Position numbers and translations under genes: made by a program. Positions 46,434-60,654 of a stretch of 64,000 bases of DNA are shown here, piece after piece (positions within the stretch are counted from its first letter, which is position 1; each line of letters begins with the position of its first letter). Location of the stretch: contig DF237130.1 of NCBI GenBank assembly GCA_000708835.1, positions 62,001 to 126,000 on the forward strand, written 5' to 3'. Origin of the DNA: Klebsormidium nitens (taxonomy: Eukaryota > Plantae > Klebsormidiophyceae). The notes beneath the pieces were generated by a model. That model did no database searches, was not told the DNA's origin, and saw only the letters and a program-made list of their open reading frames with translations.

Positions 46434-47523
46434 TCATTGTTGCGCGCTGATGCCTTTCTTAGCAGTTTTCATCTCTGCCAGCAATTGGCGGATGCCTTGT
46501 TGTCCCTTTTGCGACAGAGCTGCCTCCCACTTGCTGCCCTGAAAAGCCGGGTGCACGGGCAGAAGTGCGTTGACAGGGTCTACATGAACGGTCTTCCTGC
46601 CTGTCATCTTGTCTTTGTGGTACCTAACCTTCCCCTCAAGAAGAGCAAAGAGGGTGTGGTCCTTGCCCATGCCCACAAAGTTGCCCTGATGAAACTGAGT
46701 GCCCCGCTGCCTCACAATGATGTTGCCAGGAATGACCTTCTGCATCACAGAAGACCATTCAGTGTCAGCCTGTTCCACCTGGCAGAAACAACTAGGTACC
46801 AAGATGAACAGCCTGGACTGGCCTCGTGGTCCCGTCGTCCTTCCGGTCGCCCTCACTTTCGAGCGCTTCAAAAGGCAACCCTTCATCAGCGCCAACGTAA
46901 ACACTACCACCAGCAAGTGGTTATAAAACATGTGAAATCTGCATAACACTGACAAGGCCCATCCAACCTAACTGCGTCATCCAAGGCACGCCACTTGGTC
47001 AGATTAAACCCCCTGACGCGCCTGTTGACAACGTCGATTGGAGTGCTGCCTTGCCCACACACTGATCGTCTTCAAATAGGACTTGAACATTGCACTTTCA
47101 AGTTTGTTGTTGGAAAGGGAAAGGTGTCGTGAAATACCTGTCCCCCATACTTCTTCAAACCCAGGTTCTTTGGATTGGAGTCTCGGCCATTTGAGGACGA
47201 GCCCCCCGCCTTTTTAGAAGCATGCCGCACAAAAGATTGTGTGATGCTATTAGAGGTTTGTGTGATGCTATCGGAGGCTTGCGTGAGACCTGCAGAATGA
47301 AATGTCCAGGTTGAGCACTTTTCTGAAGCAGCATTCCTGCCTGGAGGCAAACAGACAAATGCAAACCCCTGGAACCTCCACCACAGCATTCGCAAAGGCC
47401 AAAAGACAGGCATACCGTGGCAAGGTCCTCTTTACCTGCTAGACACGGAAATCCCAAACTTTGTGGAAGAAGTCTTGTGCAGCTGCTCCATCCCGATCCA
47501 AAGCGTAATAAGAGCCCGCTCAT
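46434..47523 (-). CDS. RPL27: Ribosomal protein bL27, probably mitochondrial (181 aa)
   Basis: Exons 47523-47436, 47289-47138 and 46739-46434 in frame: presequence-like N-terminus, then [68 protein letters not shown]...[10 protein letters not shown]. The SNPK and GRK..HVDP..HP features resemble plant mitochondrial L27. Confidence 0.93.
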
Positions 47524-48623
47524 ATCTGTAAGAGTCACAGGATTAGTAAAGCCACATGGCTCAAACCACTCAGTTTCAAGTTCCGCCCTGGTCAGAATGC
47601 CAGAACGCGCGACCGTCAGGTTTGAAGTGAAGGCACAAACGCTCCCAGAAACTCCGATCGTCTCCCCCAAATGAACCTGTCCTATATACTGGTGTTTCCT
47701 GAAAACAAAGCTTTGTCGCTTGAAGTCGACTCTAACGCTCACTAAATGATAATCGCCTCGTTCATGGATTTGTAGCGCCCTTCCTGCGTGCCTTTTCCCG
47801 CTTTCACTTGAGCAAGTTTGCAGAACAGGCTCTGTCTCGCTAGCTCGACAAGTTCGTGCGGCCCCCTATATGGTTTAACACAGTACCAGCTTATGTCGAT
47901 TAGTATATTAGGATATCTGCAAATTTTCAATATATTTACAATACGTCATGCAGTGGGGGACAACGAGTCGGATCGAAGGCTTCCTGGCCAGCGGAGGAGG
48001 GTATATCTTTTACCTTATCGGGCTTATAAGCGCGTCTACCCGTGCGCGCTAAAATGGACGATTATAACTTGCCTCCTGATGAGGCCCAGGGGTTTTCCCC
48101 CACATTCATCAGCAGAACGTCTGCATTCAATGTCAAGGCTTGAGCCTGAGGCGTGCGCTGGAACTTGAAAGGCAGGACGGAGACAGAGAAAGAGGAAGAT
48201 CATCACCAAAGAAGACCAGCCGCAGCTCTTGTCAGCAGTTCAGCTTTGGAGCTGAAAAAATCTTGGGTGGAATTGGTGATGCGCCCAAGCGGGGCTTTCA
48301 GTGGTCTGTATTTGAAGTTGCCGGGAGCCAGCACATGCTAGAAGAACTGCTGATTGAGGGTATGCAACAATTGACGGGCGCCAAGTCGAACTGAAGAAAG
48401 GGCGGAGGGGATCACCCGATTGAGGCATCCCAGGATACTCGAGCAATCTTCGAATCAAAACATATAATCAAAGCCCTTCGTAGAAGCTTGGCGTTGACAG
48501 GCCAGTTGTCTTTGCAGGACCCTTTGCCGGCAAGGCGACAAACTGATTGTAACGGCAATATGCGGAGGAGTTCTATCTAGACTTGCCATGTTTGCCTGAG
48601 GAATTTCTTGCCGCCTCGTCAGG

Positions 48624-49402
48624 ATGTCCGGCAAAGAGACCGGGCTCGAGCCTTTTGTCGATCAGCCCGTGTCTGTGATTACAAATGATGGTCGCAATAT
48701 TGTTGGAATCCTGAAGGGTTTTGATCAGGCGACGAACTTGATACTGGACGAATCGCATGAGAGGGTCTACTCAACAGCGGTGAGTCGTGCGGCAGAACTC
48801 TCTTGCCTAGTGTCCTACATAAATGCTACGATTGCTGCAGTGGTAGGATAAGATTGTTCAAGTAAGGAAGCCTTAGCAACTTATTAAGCTTACTGCAGTA
48901 ATTCATGTGGTATATTTGTTTTTGTATATCAGAGCAGGCAGTCTCTGGTAAAAAATGGTTCAGTGAGAGCATTCTATCCACTGTTTTGCCACTTCTCAAT
49001 GGTGGCGCTTTGTCTTGGTCCCAGCATTCTCCCTGAACTTAGTTCAGGAAGAAACAAGGTCTTGCCTTTGGACTTGCAGGAAGGCGTCGAGCAGCTGGTT
49101 CTGGGACTGTATATCATCCGGGGGGACAATGTGTGAGTGCAATCTTCCGCGATCCTTTTGTGTGAGTTGTAGCAATCTGTTTCGATGCTTTGCGTGTAGC
49201 AAATCTTGATGAACCAGCGTTGTTTCTTTGTCTAAAATTCTAGATTAGTATGTCTTGGCTGTGGCTTGTCCAATCATCAACTTTTAAGCACTTTGTCATC
49301 CTGTTTCACAGAGCTGTGGTTGGAGAACTTGACGAGGAACTGGATTCAAATCTGGACCTGGGTCAGATCAAGGCTGAGCCCTTGAAAGCGATCTCACACT
49401 AG
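48624..49402 (+). CDS. LSM8: U6 snRNA-associated Sm-like protein LSm8
   Basis: Exons 48624-48779, 49080-49132 and 49312-49402: MSGKETGLEPFVDQPVSVITNDGRNIVGILKGFDQATNLILDESHERVYSTAEGVEQLVLGLYIIRGDNVAVVGELDEELDSNLDLGQIKAEPLKAISH*. Confidence 0.96.
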
Positions 49403-50853
49403 GCCTGGAGCAAGGTGCGTTTTGTCCGAGTTGTGTCTGTAAGGTCGAAGTTGTGTTCTCCAAACTGTGATTCCTTGCAAGTCAGCTTGTAAAACCACTA
49501 CCAAAGCTGGAGGTAAAAGGGCGGCAGCGGATCAAAAGCGTTGCGCTACTGAAACCGCTGTCATGTCTTAATGCGAAAAGTCGCCTGTGAACAAGGAACT
49601 TGCGCTATTAAACGGGCTTCCCAATTCTGAATCAGTCAATGTGCAATTTGTCCACGGCAAAAACCTGTTAACATCTCTGCATCAAAGTCTTGACAAGGGG
49701 GGGCATGGATTGCCGGCTTGCATGTCTGGCGCAATTATGAAAAGGTCTGGCTCAATCAATCGTGATGCATATGCAATGGATATGGCGTCGTACCGCATGG
49801 TGGTACTAGGCTCACAATCAATCCGCGGTCTCAATGTTTTGTCGCAGAGTACATATCCAGGCTACGTATGATAAACATGGATACATTGGGTATATATCAT
49901 TGGACTTATGTTTGTTGTCATGCAGGAGAAGCCTTCAAGTTTCGAATTCCGACAGTATAGTTGCCAGAGTATTTCTGCTATTTTTGCACACGCATCTGGC
50001 ATGTATTTACGGAGGATTGTCGCACGATCTCTCAAGGTTCCACATGTATACGCATAAAACTAAAGTACACTCAGGCATGCATGTGAGGGGCGCATTGCAT
50101 AGTGACCCAGTGCTATAGCGCTATACTTGAATATATATAGCATACAATACATGCAGATCACATATATGTGGCACATGAGCCGGGCCAGCTCCGGATCGCG
50201 AGCCGTCCCGCCATGCATTCCATTCGACTGAGCCTCCGACTCAAGTACAAAATGGCGGGTCCTTTTTACCCAAAGATTCTGACGCCAGCTTATTTCGAAG
50301 ATGGCCACGCAGTTGAGGCCGGAATGGGCCATGCAGCTAGCCGGGCTGCCCGTAGCCGGCCCGCACAAAGAGTCACGTACGGCATATAGTCAACAGCTTC
50401 CCTCAGTGCGCAAAGCTACGCCGATGGCGCATGATGTGTCACTGACCATGCGTGACCCGCGGCGAGTTTATTGGAGCGAAGGTGGCAATTGAGATGTGAA
50501 AGGTGCAACTTTGTAATCGTCAAGGACAACTCGGAACATATCGATTAAATCAGAACTCTGATCGACGAGATCAGAAACTCAATTTTTCTAACTAGCTTAG
50601 CGCGTGGCAGGGGTCGGACTGCTTAAGGCTTTGGCCCGCCAAGCTTGCGCCAAGCTGAGCACCCTTACTGGTATCATTAATTGTCAAGTTATGAACGACA
50701 AACAGGTAGATTTCGACCAGGTGGGCGCTGGATGCTTCTCTCAGCTTGTCCGAACTGCCCATGAGTCGTCAGGTCATGTCCAGCGCCCCCCAGAAGGCGC
50801 TGCCTCGTAAATTGCCCCCACTCACAACTGAGTCCCGACAAATTGGCCCCAGC

Positions 50854-53800
50854 TCATACCACGGCCACGTCGGATCTCATGAGCTTCAGCGCCGCTTCTT
50901 CCGTTGGCAGCGCAGGAATGGCGCCCCTCTCTGTCGTGGTAATCGCCCCGCACGCGTTTGCAAACAAGAGCGTGTCCCGTAGCTTCTTCTCGTCTTTGTA
51001 CAACTCGGGGTCCGCAGCGAGCTTGGTCAGGAAGCCAGCCACAAACGCGTCCCCCGCGCCTGCAATCGAGAAAAGAAGATCGTGTTTTACCCCCTTGTTT
51101 CGGCTCGAAGAGCACAAACTGCTCTGAAGCATGGTTTTGTCTCGGAGATGGACAAATCGGAGGGAATGGTTCACCCCATTGCCGAGCGATCTAGCGCTCT
51201 TCTAATATGGTGAAACGGCCGACCACCAATTTGGAAATACACAGCGCCACAGTCGAGGGATGAATTCACTGGGGTGACCCGCCGAGCATCCCTTCGCCAA
51301 ACCGAAAACGCCTCGCAATACTGACACGACGACAGGTCCCTTCTAGACCGTTTCTCTCATAGACGATCTCATAGACGATCTCCTATAATCCCGAAAGCAT
51401 TAACACACTGGCCCACGCCGGCCAAAGGGGGCTTTAACGTTGAGCTTCCATCAAACAGATACATTGCCCTTTCAGATTCGACTTTCACCTGTGGTGTCGA
51501 CGGCGTCCACTTTGAGGCCGGGGACCCGCCCCTGGCAGCTGTGCGTGTAGTAGCGGCTGCCCCCCGACCCCTCCGTCACCAGCAGCAGCTTCGCGTTGCC
51601 CCGGAACAGCGACCGGGCCACCTCGTCGCTGTAGCCGTCGCCGGCCTCCGTCAGAAACGTCAGCTCCTCCTCGCTGATCTGGACGAGGCGAGGGACGAGT
51701 CGTAGAGTCAGCATCGGGCTTGCGCTCTATCTGCGAAAGTACTGCCATCTCTGCTCGTGCAGGAAGCAGTCAAGCAAGAGATGTTTTGCTTGATATCATT
51801 TCGACTCAGCATCAGGCTTTCCGGTCTGACCGCGAGAACTCCCGCCGTATCTGCTCGGGCAGAAAGCAATGATGCCGAGGGGTTCTTTGCTTGAGGTTCG
51901 TATTCGACCCGCGGGTGTTACCATGCCGCGCATATGTTCGGGAAGTCAAGCTCGGCCGTTGCACGAGAAAAGACGGAGCGAAAGAGAAAGCGGCGTGGTA
52001 GACATCGCCACCTATAACGGGAACAATGCATGTTTTGTGCTCGTTCGTTTTCCAGATCTTCAATCGAAGTCGTACGCGGTTGTTAGCTCCCCCAGTTGGC
52101 TACGGAGCGCAAGGGCTGCCATAGGTGCTTTGCGGAGAGGCCATGGTCGAAGAACTCCGTAGGAATTCTGTCCATGTGGTGGCAAACAGGCGGACGGGAT
52201 GAGATGGACAACGTGATGCGAAGTATGCGCGAACGAGATCCGGGGAGCATACGGAGCACGTATCCGACATGCGGTCCGCGTGGTAGCGAATGGCGCCCCG
52301 AGTCAATCGGCAAGGGCCGTTGAGATCCACTGTAGCCTGCTTATTCCCCCTCACCTTGATCATGTCTGCCTGGTCCCAGATGGAGAAGATGCCCTCCCGC
52401 GCGGTGGCCTCGTCGGGCCATAGCGGCTTGCGCAGGTTGGGGTCGTATGATAGCCACGCGCCGTTGTCCCGTGCGACCTGCATGGCCGCCAGGTGCGCCG
52501 ACTTGCACGGCTCCGAAATTAGCGAGATGGATCCGTAGTGGAAGATCGTCGCCTGGAGAACACAACCGACTGGTCAGTCATCGAGCGAGTTCCGTCTTTG
52601 TTTTTACTCGGGGTTATAGGGTCTAAAGCAAGAGAAACCAAAGTATGGCGGTTTTGTACTATCAAGATATATACAACAGACTCTGACGTCAATTGGGGCT
52701 ACTGATCTGCATGATGCGGCCGCCATGAAATAGAGCGGTAATGGATTGTGTTAAGAAGTGTGACAAGTTTCAAATGGAACACAAAGTACTATAATTCGCG
52801 CTGATGCACAATGATTGATACTGGCTGATGCTGCTTTTCGAAAATCGAAGAAGAGGGTTACGATCAAACCGAGAAGGATGCACAGCCGAAGCGATAGACG
52901 CCATTATATCGGAAACGGACATCAGCGACCTGGCACATAGACTGGAATTTCGAGATCCACGAGGATTTCCCGATTGCGGCTTTCAGGACATGTTACGAAC
53001 TTCACTAGCTTTCTCGCCGAGCCCTTGTCATGCCGAGGATCAGTGGGCTACATACGATAGAGACTTGCAATCAGCACTTAGAATCCAGAATCAGGGACAG
53101 TCTAGTTTACCTTTCTAAGGAGGTCTGTGTCCAACTCGTCTGGCGTCAGCAGCATGTCTGCACTCGGGTTCCGGTAGAACATGAACTCCCGCTCCCCGTC
53201 CGCCCGCAAGGTCACAAACGCGAGGGCCGTGCGTGCGCCTTGGTCGAAAATGATGCCGTCGGTGTTGACCCCGTTGTCCTATCCGAAACAGTAGGAAGAA
53301 TTAGTTATGACACGATTGAGGTAAAGCCTTCTAGCTCTCCAATGAGATTCCGTGTTCAAATGCTTATGCCTTGAAACACTTCACCAGAAGGAGACGATGT
53401 TTGCCGTGAGGATAGTTGGGCCTTCTGAAAAGATCTGGTATGGCAGAAAATCTCAATAGATTTGGTACAACTCGAGCCGAAGCCCAACAAAGTAGCTTTA
53501 TGAACGAAAACATACGTACTTTGTCTTGCCTCATAATGTTCTTTAGCAGTCACACAAACACAAGTGACTGCTCTCGGGTTCAGTTGCTCATGGCTAGGAA
53601 CCCTTCACCAGAACGAAGACCATGTTTGCTACGAGGATAGTTAGGCCTTCTTCTGAAAAGATCTGGGATTGCAGTCATGAATTCTTGTCTCGCTTCATAG
53701 TGACCTTTAAACAGCAATGACACAAACACGAGACCTCAGAACCAACAATTGCTTCATCCCACTATCATCAACCATCTGACCGTTTTGGAGATTTTGTCCT

Positions 53801-54240
53801 GAGTGGACTGTCCAATAGAATCGTGAAATACATGACTGCAGCTCACACCTTCAGGAGGTCCGCGAGCATATGCCCAAACTCGTCCTCCCCCGTCTTCCCC
53901 ACGAACGCAGCCTTGCCTCCCAGCCTGGAAATCCCGACCGCCACGTTGGCAGGGGCTCCCCCGGCCGCTTTCTTGAACGCGGGGGCCTCTGCCAAGGAGA
54001 CTCCACTCACGGTGGGCACAAAGTCGATCAGGACCTCCCCAAAGGAGATAATGAGAGAGTCTGACGTCTGTGGGACGTCTGCTGCCGCCGATGCATGCGT
54101 CTGGACCGTGCCTGGAGTGTGGGGGGAAGATGAAGTTACAACGGCGGTGCATTGCGTGAACTGGGGCCATGTAAGCATGTTTGCTTGTAGAAGACTGTGT
54201 GGATAGAAGTTGGCGATGCTGATGGTGGTGGTAAGTTCCA
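50854..54240 (-). CDS. FRK: Fructokinase (PfkB family); N-terminus/start codon unresolved
   Basis: Exons ~54100-53849, 53278-53111, 52552-52355, 51678-51489 and 51059-50854 in frame: [83 protein letters not shown], and the PfkB signature [13 protein letters not shown]. Confidence 0.95.
53379..53760. repeat. Degenerate tandem duplication, ~224-bp period, in fructokinase intron
   Basis: CTTCACCAGAA...ATGTTTGC..GAGGATAGTT.GGCCTTCT(TCT)GAAAAGATCTGG begins at 53379 and at 53603. The downstream TTGTCT.GC.TCATA.TG...GACACAAACAC-like segment is also repeated. Confidence 0.75.
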
Positions 54241-55941
54241 AATTGATTGTCCCAAAGTATGATCCGGAGTGGTTATGCTTCGTTAAATCATTGTTAAGGG
54301 TATCTTTTGATCATTCACTTATGAAAAAGATTTTGACTGATTCTGCGTTCAACCTGATGGTGCTATCTTGTACCACCAGAAAAGTTGGTCTCTCAGGGCA
54401 ACTTGTTTTGTAACAGTTTAAGGATTGAGCACCAGTTATTGACCACCACATAGCAAGTCAATTAAGGTCAGATCCAGAAACCAATACACGCTTGACTTTG
54501 TGCCACCTAGGGTGCTAGATCTGTAGATTTGAGGGAGCGGCCCGCCCACTAGATTCATTCAGGAGGCCAGTAGAAAGGGCATCAGTACGTTCGATGCAGT
54601 TGTTTGAATGCAGACACATTTGCAGTTCAGAAGTTCTCAGAGCTGTGAAACAAAAGGACTTCAATTGATCAATGACAGCTTACTAGAATCACAGCTAACA
54701 AAACTGTCATGAGAAAACCCCCTTTCAGCTACCCATCATGCGAATTTGAATTTGTCGCTTGATTGTTGATGGTGTGGTGGTTTGGCCCGATCTTGGGGCG
54801 TTAGGCTCAACACAGTTTTCAATTCACATGTCAATGCGGAATTGCAGAAATAAGCAGAAGATATAAAGATCGAGGTACACCTCTTTTGTTTGCGCCATCT
54901 CCACTGCCCACGAATTTATGAACCTGCAGCCTTTTCCCTCTGCTGAAGGAGCCTCTGGTTTGATCAGGAGGACTGCAGCGATTGGATGAAGAAGATACTT
55001 CTGTGCTTGACCGGATGCACAGTTGGGTGTTTCTGAAACATCTTAGAAAGTGCCTGTTGTTTACCAAGGGCAGTCCTGTTGCTGCCTCTGTCCTGCAGCC
55101 AAGTGCAGATTGGAGGCAGGAAGGACCTGCACCATGGATCCGAGCTGATATCTGGACCGCCATTTCTGTTGTCTCATGCAATGCCGCTTCTTCCTCACAC
55201 GTTACGCACGTTGTTCCGGAGCTGCAACAAGAGGAGGCTGTCCAAGGAGAGTTGGCGCTAGCTGATGGAATTTGGTTTGGACCGTTTGGCCTCTTGGCAA
55301 CTTGAAGTTGAACTTGAACTGTCTTGGCATCAGAACCAGGGCTCCATCACATTTCTTCACCCCTCTTCCTCAGGCTCTTCAGCGGCTCAGCCTTCAGATC
55401 ACCTGCCAAGTGACACTTGTCACCAAGACACGCGTCCTCACATCCAAGATTCTTAGTTGTAGCACTACGAAGAACTGCAGGCCGTGGTTTTTACCTGTCA
55501 AAGCATCCGACGGCTCACATGTTAAAGTTGGCTCGACAGTCAATGGCCTTCAAGTTTTTCCTTGCCACGGTGGAAGATCCTCATTTGCGGTTGGCATCCT
55601 CTAACCACCTCAGCACACGTGACATCGAAGCTCGCCTTCCATTGGCCGCAATCTAGCTCCTTCGAGGAGCGAGCAAGCTGCACTTTCCTTGCTAAAAGTT
55701 GCTGTCTCATGAGTCATGACAATGTTGCTCTGCAGAATGTGAAAGCGCGTTGAATGCCGCCATGTTGCAGTAGATTTCGTAGGATAGTCCTGTAGACACC
55801 TGTGTGTGGCACCTGGCGAGTTTCCAGGTCCCCACTTGCAATCCTAGACCTTCTCATTAATCCCTTGGCTTTTTTTGGACACCGGTTGAGCAAGCAACAT
55901 TTTAGAAGTCGGTGGTCACGCGTCGATTGAAAATCTCAGAA

Positions 55942-58900
55942 ATGGAGGGGAACGGGCAAGCAAAGCTGTGCCTGTTTTTGGTTTTGTTCGCATGTTGCAC
56001 TTTGTTCGTGGTTGATGCTCGGCCCTTTGGTCTTGCAAGCATTTTGAACTTACCAGGTTCTGCTGCTACCAGTGAGCAACCAGTGTTGAACAACCGGCCA
56101 CTCATTGGTATTTTGTCTCAGCCCGGAGATGGTGATGGGGGCGAGGTTGTACACAAGGATGAAGAAGCCAAGTACAACACATCATACATTGCAGCATCTT
56201 ATGTGAAGTTTGTGGAGACTGGAGGAGCGCGCGCTGTTCCAATCAAGTACGATGCTTCAGACGAGGAGCTAGAGCGGGTGAGCTCTTGTGCGACGCTCAG
56301 GCATTGACTTGCAGACAAGCGGAGGTTCCTGTCCTGACTGAGAATGTCGAAACCCTTTTGCATGCTCCAACTTCAGTTATCCATCGCTTCATAAGGAATC
56401 AATTCATCCTGCTCAAATGCAACGGTAAGAGTTTCCCAAACGCCAGGCTTTTAGCGGGCCACTCGCTTTGCGATATTTGAATCGGTTCTAGTCTGATGCG
56501 ATGACAATGAGCTTATTAAATCGGAACGCGTTCGTTTCTGAACCTGCTAGTATCAAGCATGTGCCTTGGACTACTTTGCGCCAGCCGTTGTTTTGTATGT
56601 TGCACTCGTCACATGCTTCTGACAGTTCTTTAATTGCCCGTCCCTTGTCGTGATTCCTTAGTATGGGGTCAGGCTGTTTCAACGTTTGCACTTTTTCTCC
56701 AAGCGCTTCTTTGTCCATGCGAAAAATGAAGACAGTATCCAGGATGCAATTGTGGTTCCCTGATATTTGTAATGATGTGGCATATGCAAAACCACCTTCA
56801 TTAAACAAGACCATTATGTCGCGAGGATCCAGCTGCAATATAACGTCAAGTCTTGCGTCGTGATACAGATTTTCAAGTCCATCAACGGCCTTGTGATCCC
56901 CGGGGGTGGGGCCGACCTGCACCTCAACACCACCATCATGCACGCAGTCAGCAAGCTTCTGCAGGTAAGTTGTCGCTATTGATGTTGCTGGATGGGGACC
57001 AGAGCTCTGTACCCAATGTGGTTCAGCCACCCGCCACCCTCCACAGAATCGTGGTGCCGCGTCTGAAACACGAAGCTGCTTGCGGTGCAAATCTGCTGAA
57101 CAATGACTTCAACACATCTGGACTCGTTCGCATTTGGCATGGCTGTGTGAAATGGCTTTCATCTCAAACTGGGCACGTTTTTCCCACTAACTGACCGCTT
57201 CTTTTGGGTCCTTGTTGCAGCTAGCTATTGATGCAAATGACCGAGGGGACTACTTTCCTGTGCATGGGACGTGCATGGGCTTTGAGGCCCTCAGCATCTG
57301 GGTGACGCAGGTAAGGATTGGGGAGTGCCGACCCTGTTTGACGGCAGCAAAGCAAGGAAATATTCCACAACGCACAGCTCCAGTTGCTTGTAGTGGACTT
57401 CTTTGTTTCCAGAGTATCTCGGTAAAAGCCAAGACCTTCAGCCGTCTCCTTCAAAGCAGTTGCATCATTCTTGAAGGTTGTGACGCTCATGCATAGGGGC
57501 GTTCTTTTCCGAGTCCCTGACGACGCCAAGCATTCTTGCAGGATGACGACGTTCTGGAGAAATTTGTAGCGGACGGCATCCCGGGGCCTCTCAACTTCGT
57601 TTCAAAGGAGGCGCGGCATGGGTCCATGTTCCGGGCCATGAGCAACAAGCTCAAGGACAAGCTGGAGGTCATGCCGCTCGGCATGGAGAACCATGACGTG
57701 AGCCTGGCGCGCCCACTTATGGTGGAATGAGACTGCAGTGCCATTGCACTCTCCAATCGGGTTGAAAGTGTTGGAATCAGCAGGTCTTTGCTCCTGCCTT
57801 CTGCACCTCTCTTCGCCACCAGGAGCTGCTCCCTCCAAACTGGTCTACGCCTGGGATGCCCGCTAACTTTCAGTTCAATGTTTCAATCCGAAGGTTTCTT
57901 TCTTGGAATTGCCTCTTGCATTCGCTTGCTCTTGTTCAGTACGACAAGCACCTGGCCTGTTGGGGCGTGTGCTCTTTGCTGGGCCCTTGCAGACCCTTCC
58001 GGCTGGGCGCGTACCGTATTGCTTATGTTCAGTTATCGTCCTTGGTCGCTCCCTTTCTAGTGAGGTGTCCAAGCCGACATCAATCTGATCACCTATGAGC
58101 TCTGATTGCTTCATTCTCGAGCGGGCCTTCTCCTGGCTTCCAATAACCACTGGCACTCCTGTCACGCTGCGAAACGCAAGGCTGCTTCGTCAAGCTAAAT
58201 CCGCCTCCACAATCAGCGCCTCTAGGAATCCTAGGCAAAGCCGCGAGTTGTGTTTTCTCCCCTGTTCACCCATCTTGTTGGCTGCAGTTCGGGCTGTCTC
58301 CCGCGAAGATGGTCAGCAACGGCGCCCTGTCCAACTTCTTCCGTATGCTGACCACCACCCCGGACCAGAACGGCAAGGTCTACGTTAGCTCCGTGGAGGC
58401 GCGACACTACCCCATCTACGGCACGCAATGGCACCCAGGTATGCACGTGCGCCAGAGCATGAGAGACGGGACCAAGTTTGCCCTCCCGGTATCTCGCCAG
58501 TTTCGGCTGGATGCTTGAAAAGCCAGAATTTGTTTTCGTTTGTTGCTCGACAAGTTCAGCATTTTGCCGTTTTTCGCCTACTTCCCTTACGAGGCGGGTT
58601 GTTTTGGAATCTCGACTTGATACACCGCGCTTCCAGCACACATTCTTCCTCTATAACGATCTGGAGACAACATCAAGGACCTTGTGACCGTTTTTTCGCC
58701 AGACCCCTGCTTCCAGATGCACAGAGCTGATTCACACTTTTGCAAAAGCTGAAGGCGTTCTGGCTGTCGTCGTTTGTTCCTCGTGACTGCTTCGATTGCT
58801 TTCCATGCACTTCTAAGCCTGCCTTTTATCAATACTTGGCAGAGAAGAACGTGTGGGAGTGGCACGCTCCCGCCATCCCTCACTCGGAAGATGCCGTTCT

Positions 58901-59756
58901 CCTTACTCAGGCGACGGCCAATTTCTTAGTCAGGTGGGTATTCTCTGTTGTTCGTATCCTGATGATCAATGAGCAGCATCCGAGATTGTGCTCGACGTAC
59001 GTTAGACGCGCACTCGTTTGCACATGCGGGCTCGGTCAAAGCGCGTCCCCCAAATCTGGCGGTATATGCTTGTCATTTTCGTCCGTGCCGCTGGCGCAAC
59101 CTCTGACCTTTGTGGGAAACGGATCTCTCTGGCACTATGGAAGCCAAATTTTGAAAAGCCACTTCCCCATCCTCTGATTCGCTTGCGGCGATTGTACAGC
59201 GAGGCCCGGAAGAGTGGGCACCGGCCTGCTAGCGTGCAAGAAGAGCACGAGCTGCTCATTTACAACTATCAGCCCTACTACTCGGGCAAGGACGAGTGAG
59301 TCCCCCCCCCCCAATATGCGTTTATTCCCTGGACGGTTGGGGTTTGCTTTGGCTGATTGACTCGGGGCAGCCCCTCCTGCCAACACACTATCTCTGCTAG
59401 CCTCTCATGTGGTTACTCAACATAGCGTAATGGGCCGTCACCGTTTCAGATTATATATCGGTCTGCTTGTTTTTGACACAGCAAGTGGGAAGTGGATCTG
59501 TAGCCCTCCTCGTGCTGTCTTTCAGAAGCTGGTTGCCAATTTTGAAGATTGAGAGCTGATTATATTTCGTCTGAATCGATTAGCAGCGGGCATAGTTGTC
59601 TGAAAAGCAGGATAGGAAGATGCCAACAAGTATACTCGGTTTCACGCGGCCCTCTCTTGTCATGAACGCAGGAAGGGGTATTTCGATCAGGTCTACATCT
59701 TTGACGCGCCCCCAGGTTCAATAGCCCAGGGAAAGGCTGATGCGAACAATGCTTAG
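55942..59756 (+). CDS. GGH: Gamma-glutamyl hydrolase (peptidase C26), with signal peptide
   Basis: Exons 55942-56277, 56869-56964, 57221-57310, 57542-57697, 58288-58438, 58843-58933, 59200-59295 and 59672-59756 in frame. Motifs RPLIGILSQP, YIAASYVKFVETGGARAVPI, NGLVIPGG, catalytic GTCMGFE and QWHPEKN, and C-terminal GYFDQVYIF. Confidence 0.95.
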
Positions 59757-60588
59757 GCGCAAGGCAGGTCTAGAGCAGGTCTAGAACGGTGTACTAGACA
59801 AAGGGTTTCTCGGCTCTGATTAGTGCTTCACGAATAGTTCAGTCGATGAGCAGACGGTATTGATTTCGAGGTGATTGTACATTCTGTGCTTCTATCTGTA
59901 GGCATGTGGGAAGTAAGCTAGCAGTAGCCTAGCTTAAGGACTCACAGGGGATACGAAGCTGCGTGCTTGGCAGGCAGGCTAGCAATCGCTTGCAGGTTCA
60001 ATTGGGGTTGATGGGATGGATCATAGCTCGCAGGATTATATAAAGTTTGTCAGTGTAGATTAGGCCCGTACATATATACACGTTAGAAGGAAGGAAGAAG
60101 CTTACTGCACCCATATATGTCTAGGGTGCAGTAGAATCATTATCGGAATTCAAACACTCTTAGTACCTCAGTGTATGGTACAGTACCGACATGGGCCAGT
60201 CACAACCCCTGTTCGGGCCACCAGGTTTCTTTTGGTAACATCTCCGTCTCTCTCTAGATAAACATCCAACCAAGCTTACGACACCGTTGGCTCTAGTACA
60301 GTAAGCAACATGGACATGCAACTCATGAGCGGCGCCCGCATTTCGACCTAGTTCGTTCTAGCTCCTATGACCGGCTAGGTCGGATGGAGAGTCGAGGTGT
60401 AATGTAGTCATCAACACATTGGATGCTAGTCATTTCATTTGCTCACACTATTCACTCAGCGTTCATCATTCATGACAATTTGCAAGCCCAGAAGAGAAGC
60501 ATAGACAAGCCTGCCTTTACTGAAGACGCGGGTTCCTGAGTGTCCAGATTTCGATCAACTTCGTTCATGATCATGAATCATTGTTGGA

Positions 60589-60627
60589 TGAGTAGACTCG
60601 ATGAATAGACTCGACGAATAGATTCGC
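60589..60627. repeat. 3 x 13-bp tandem repeat upstream of MET1
   Basis: TGAGTAGACTCGA / TGAATAGACTCGA / CGAATAGATTCGC. Confidence 0.8.
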
Positions 60628-60654
60628 TATATCGTGGTACATAGTATACGTGCG

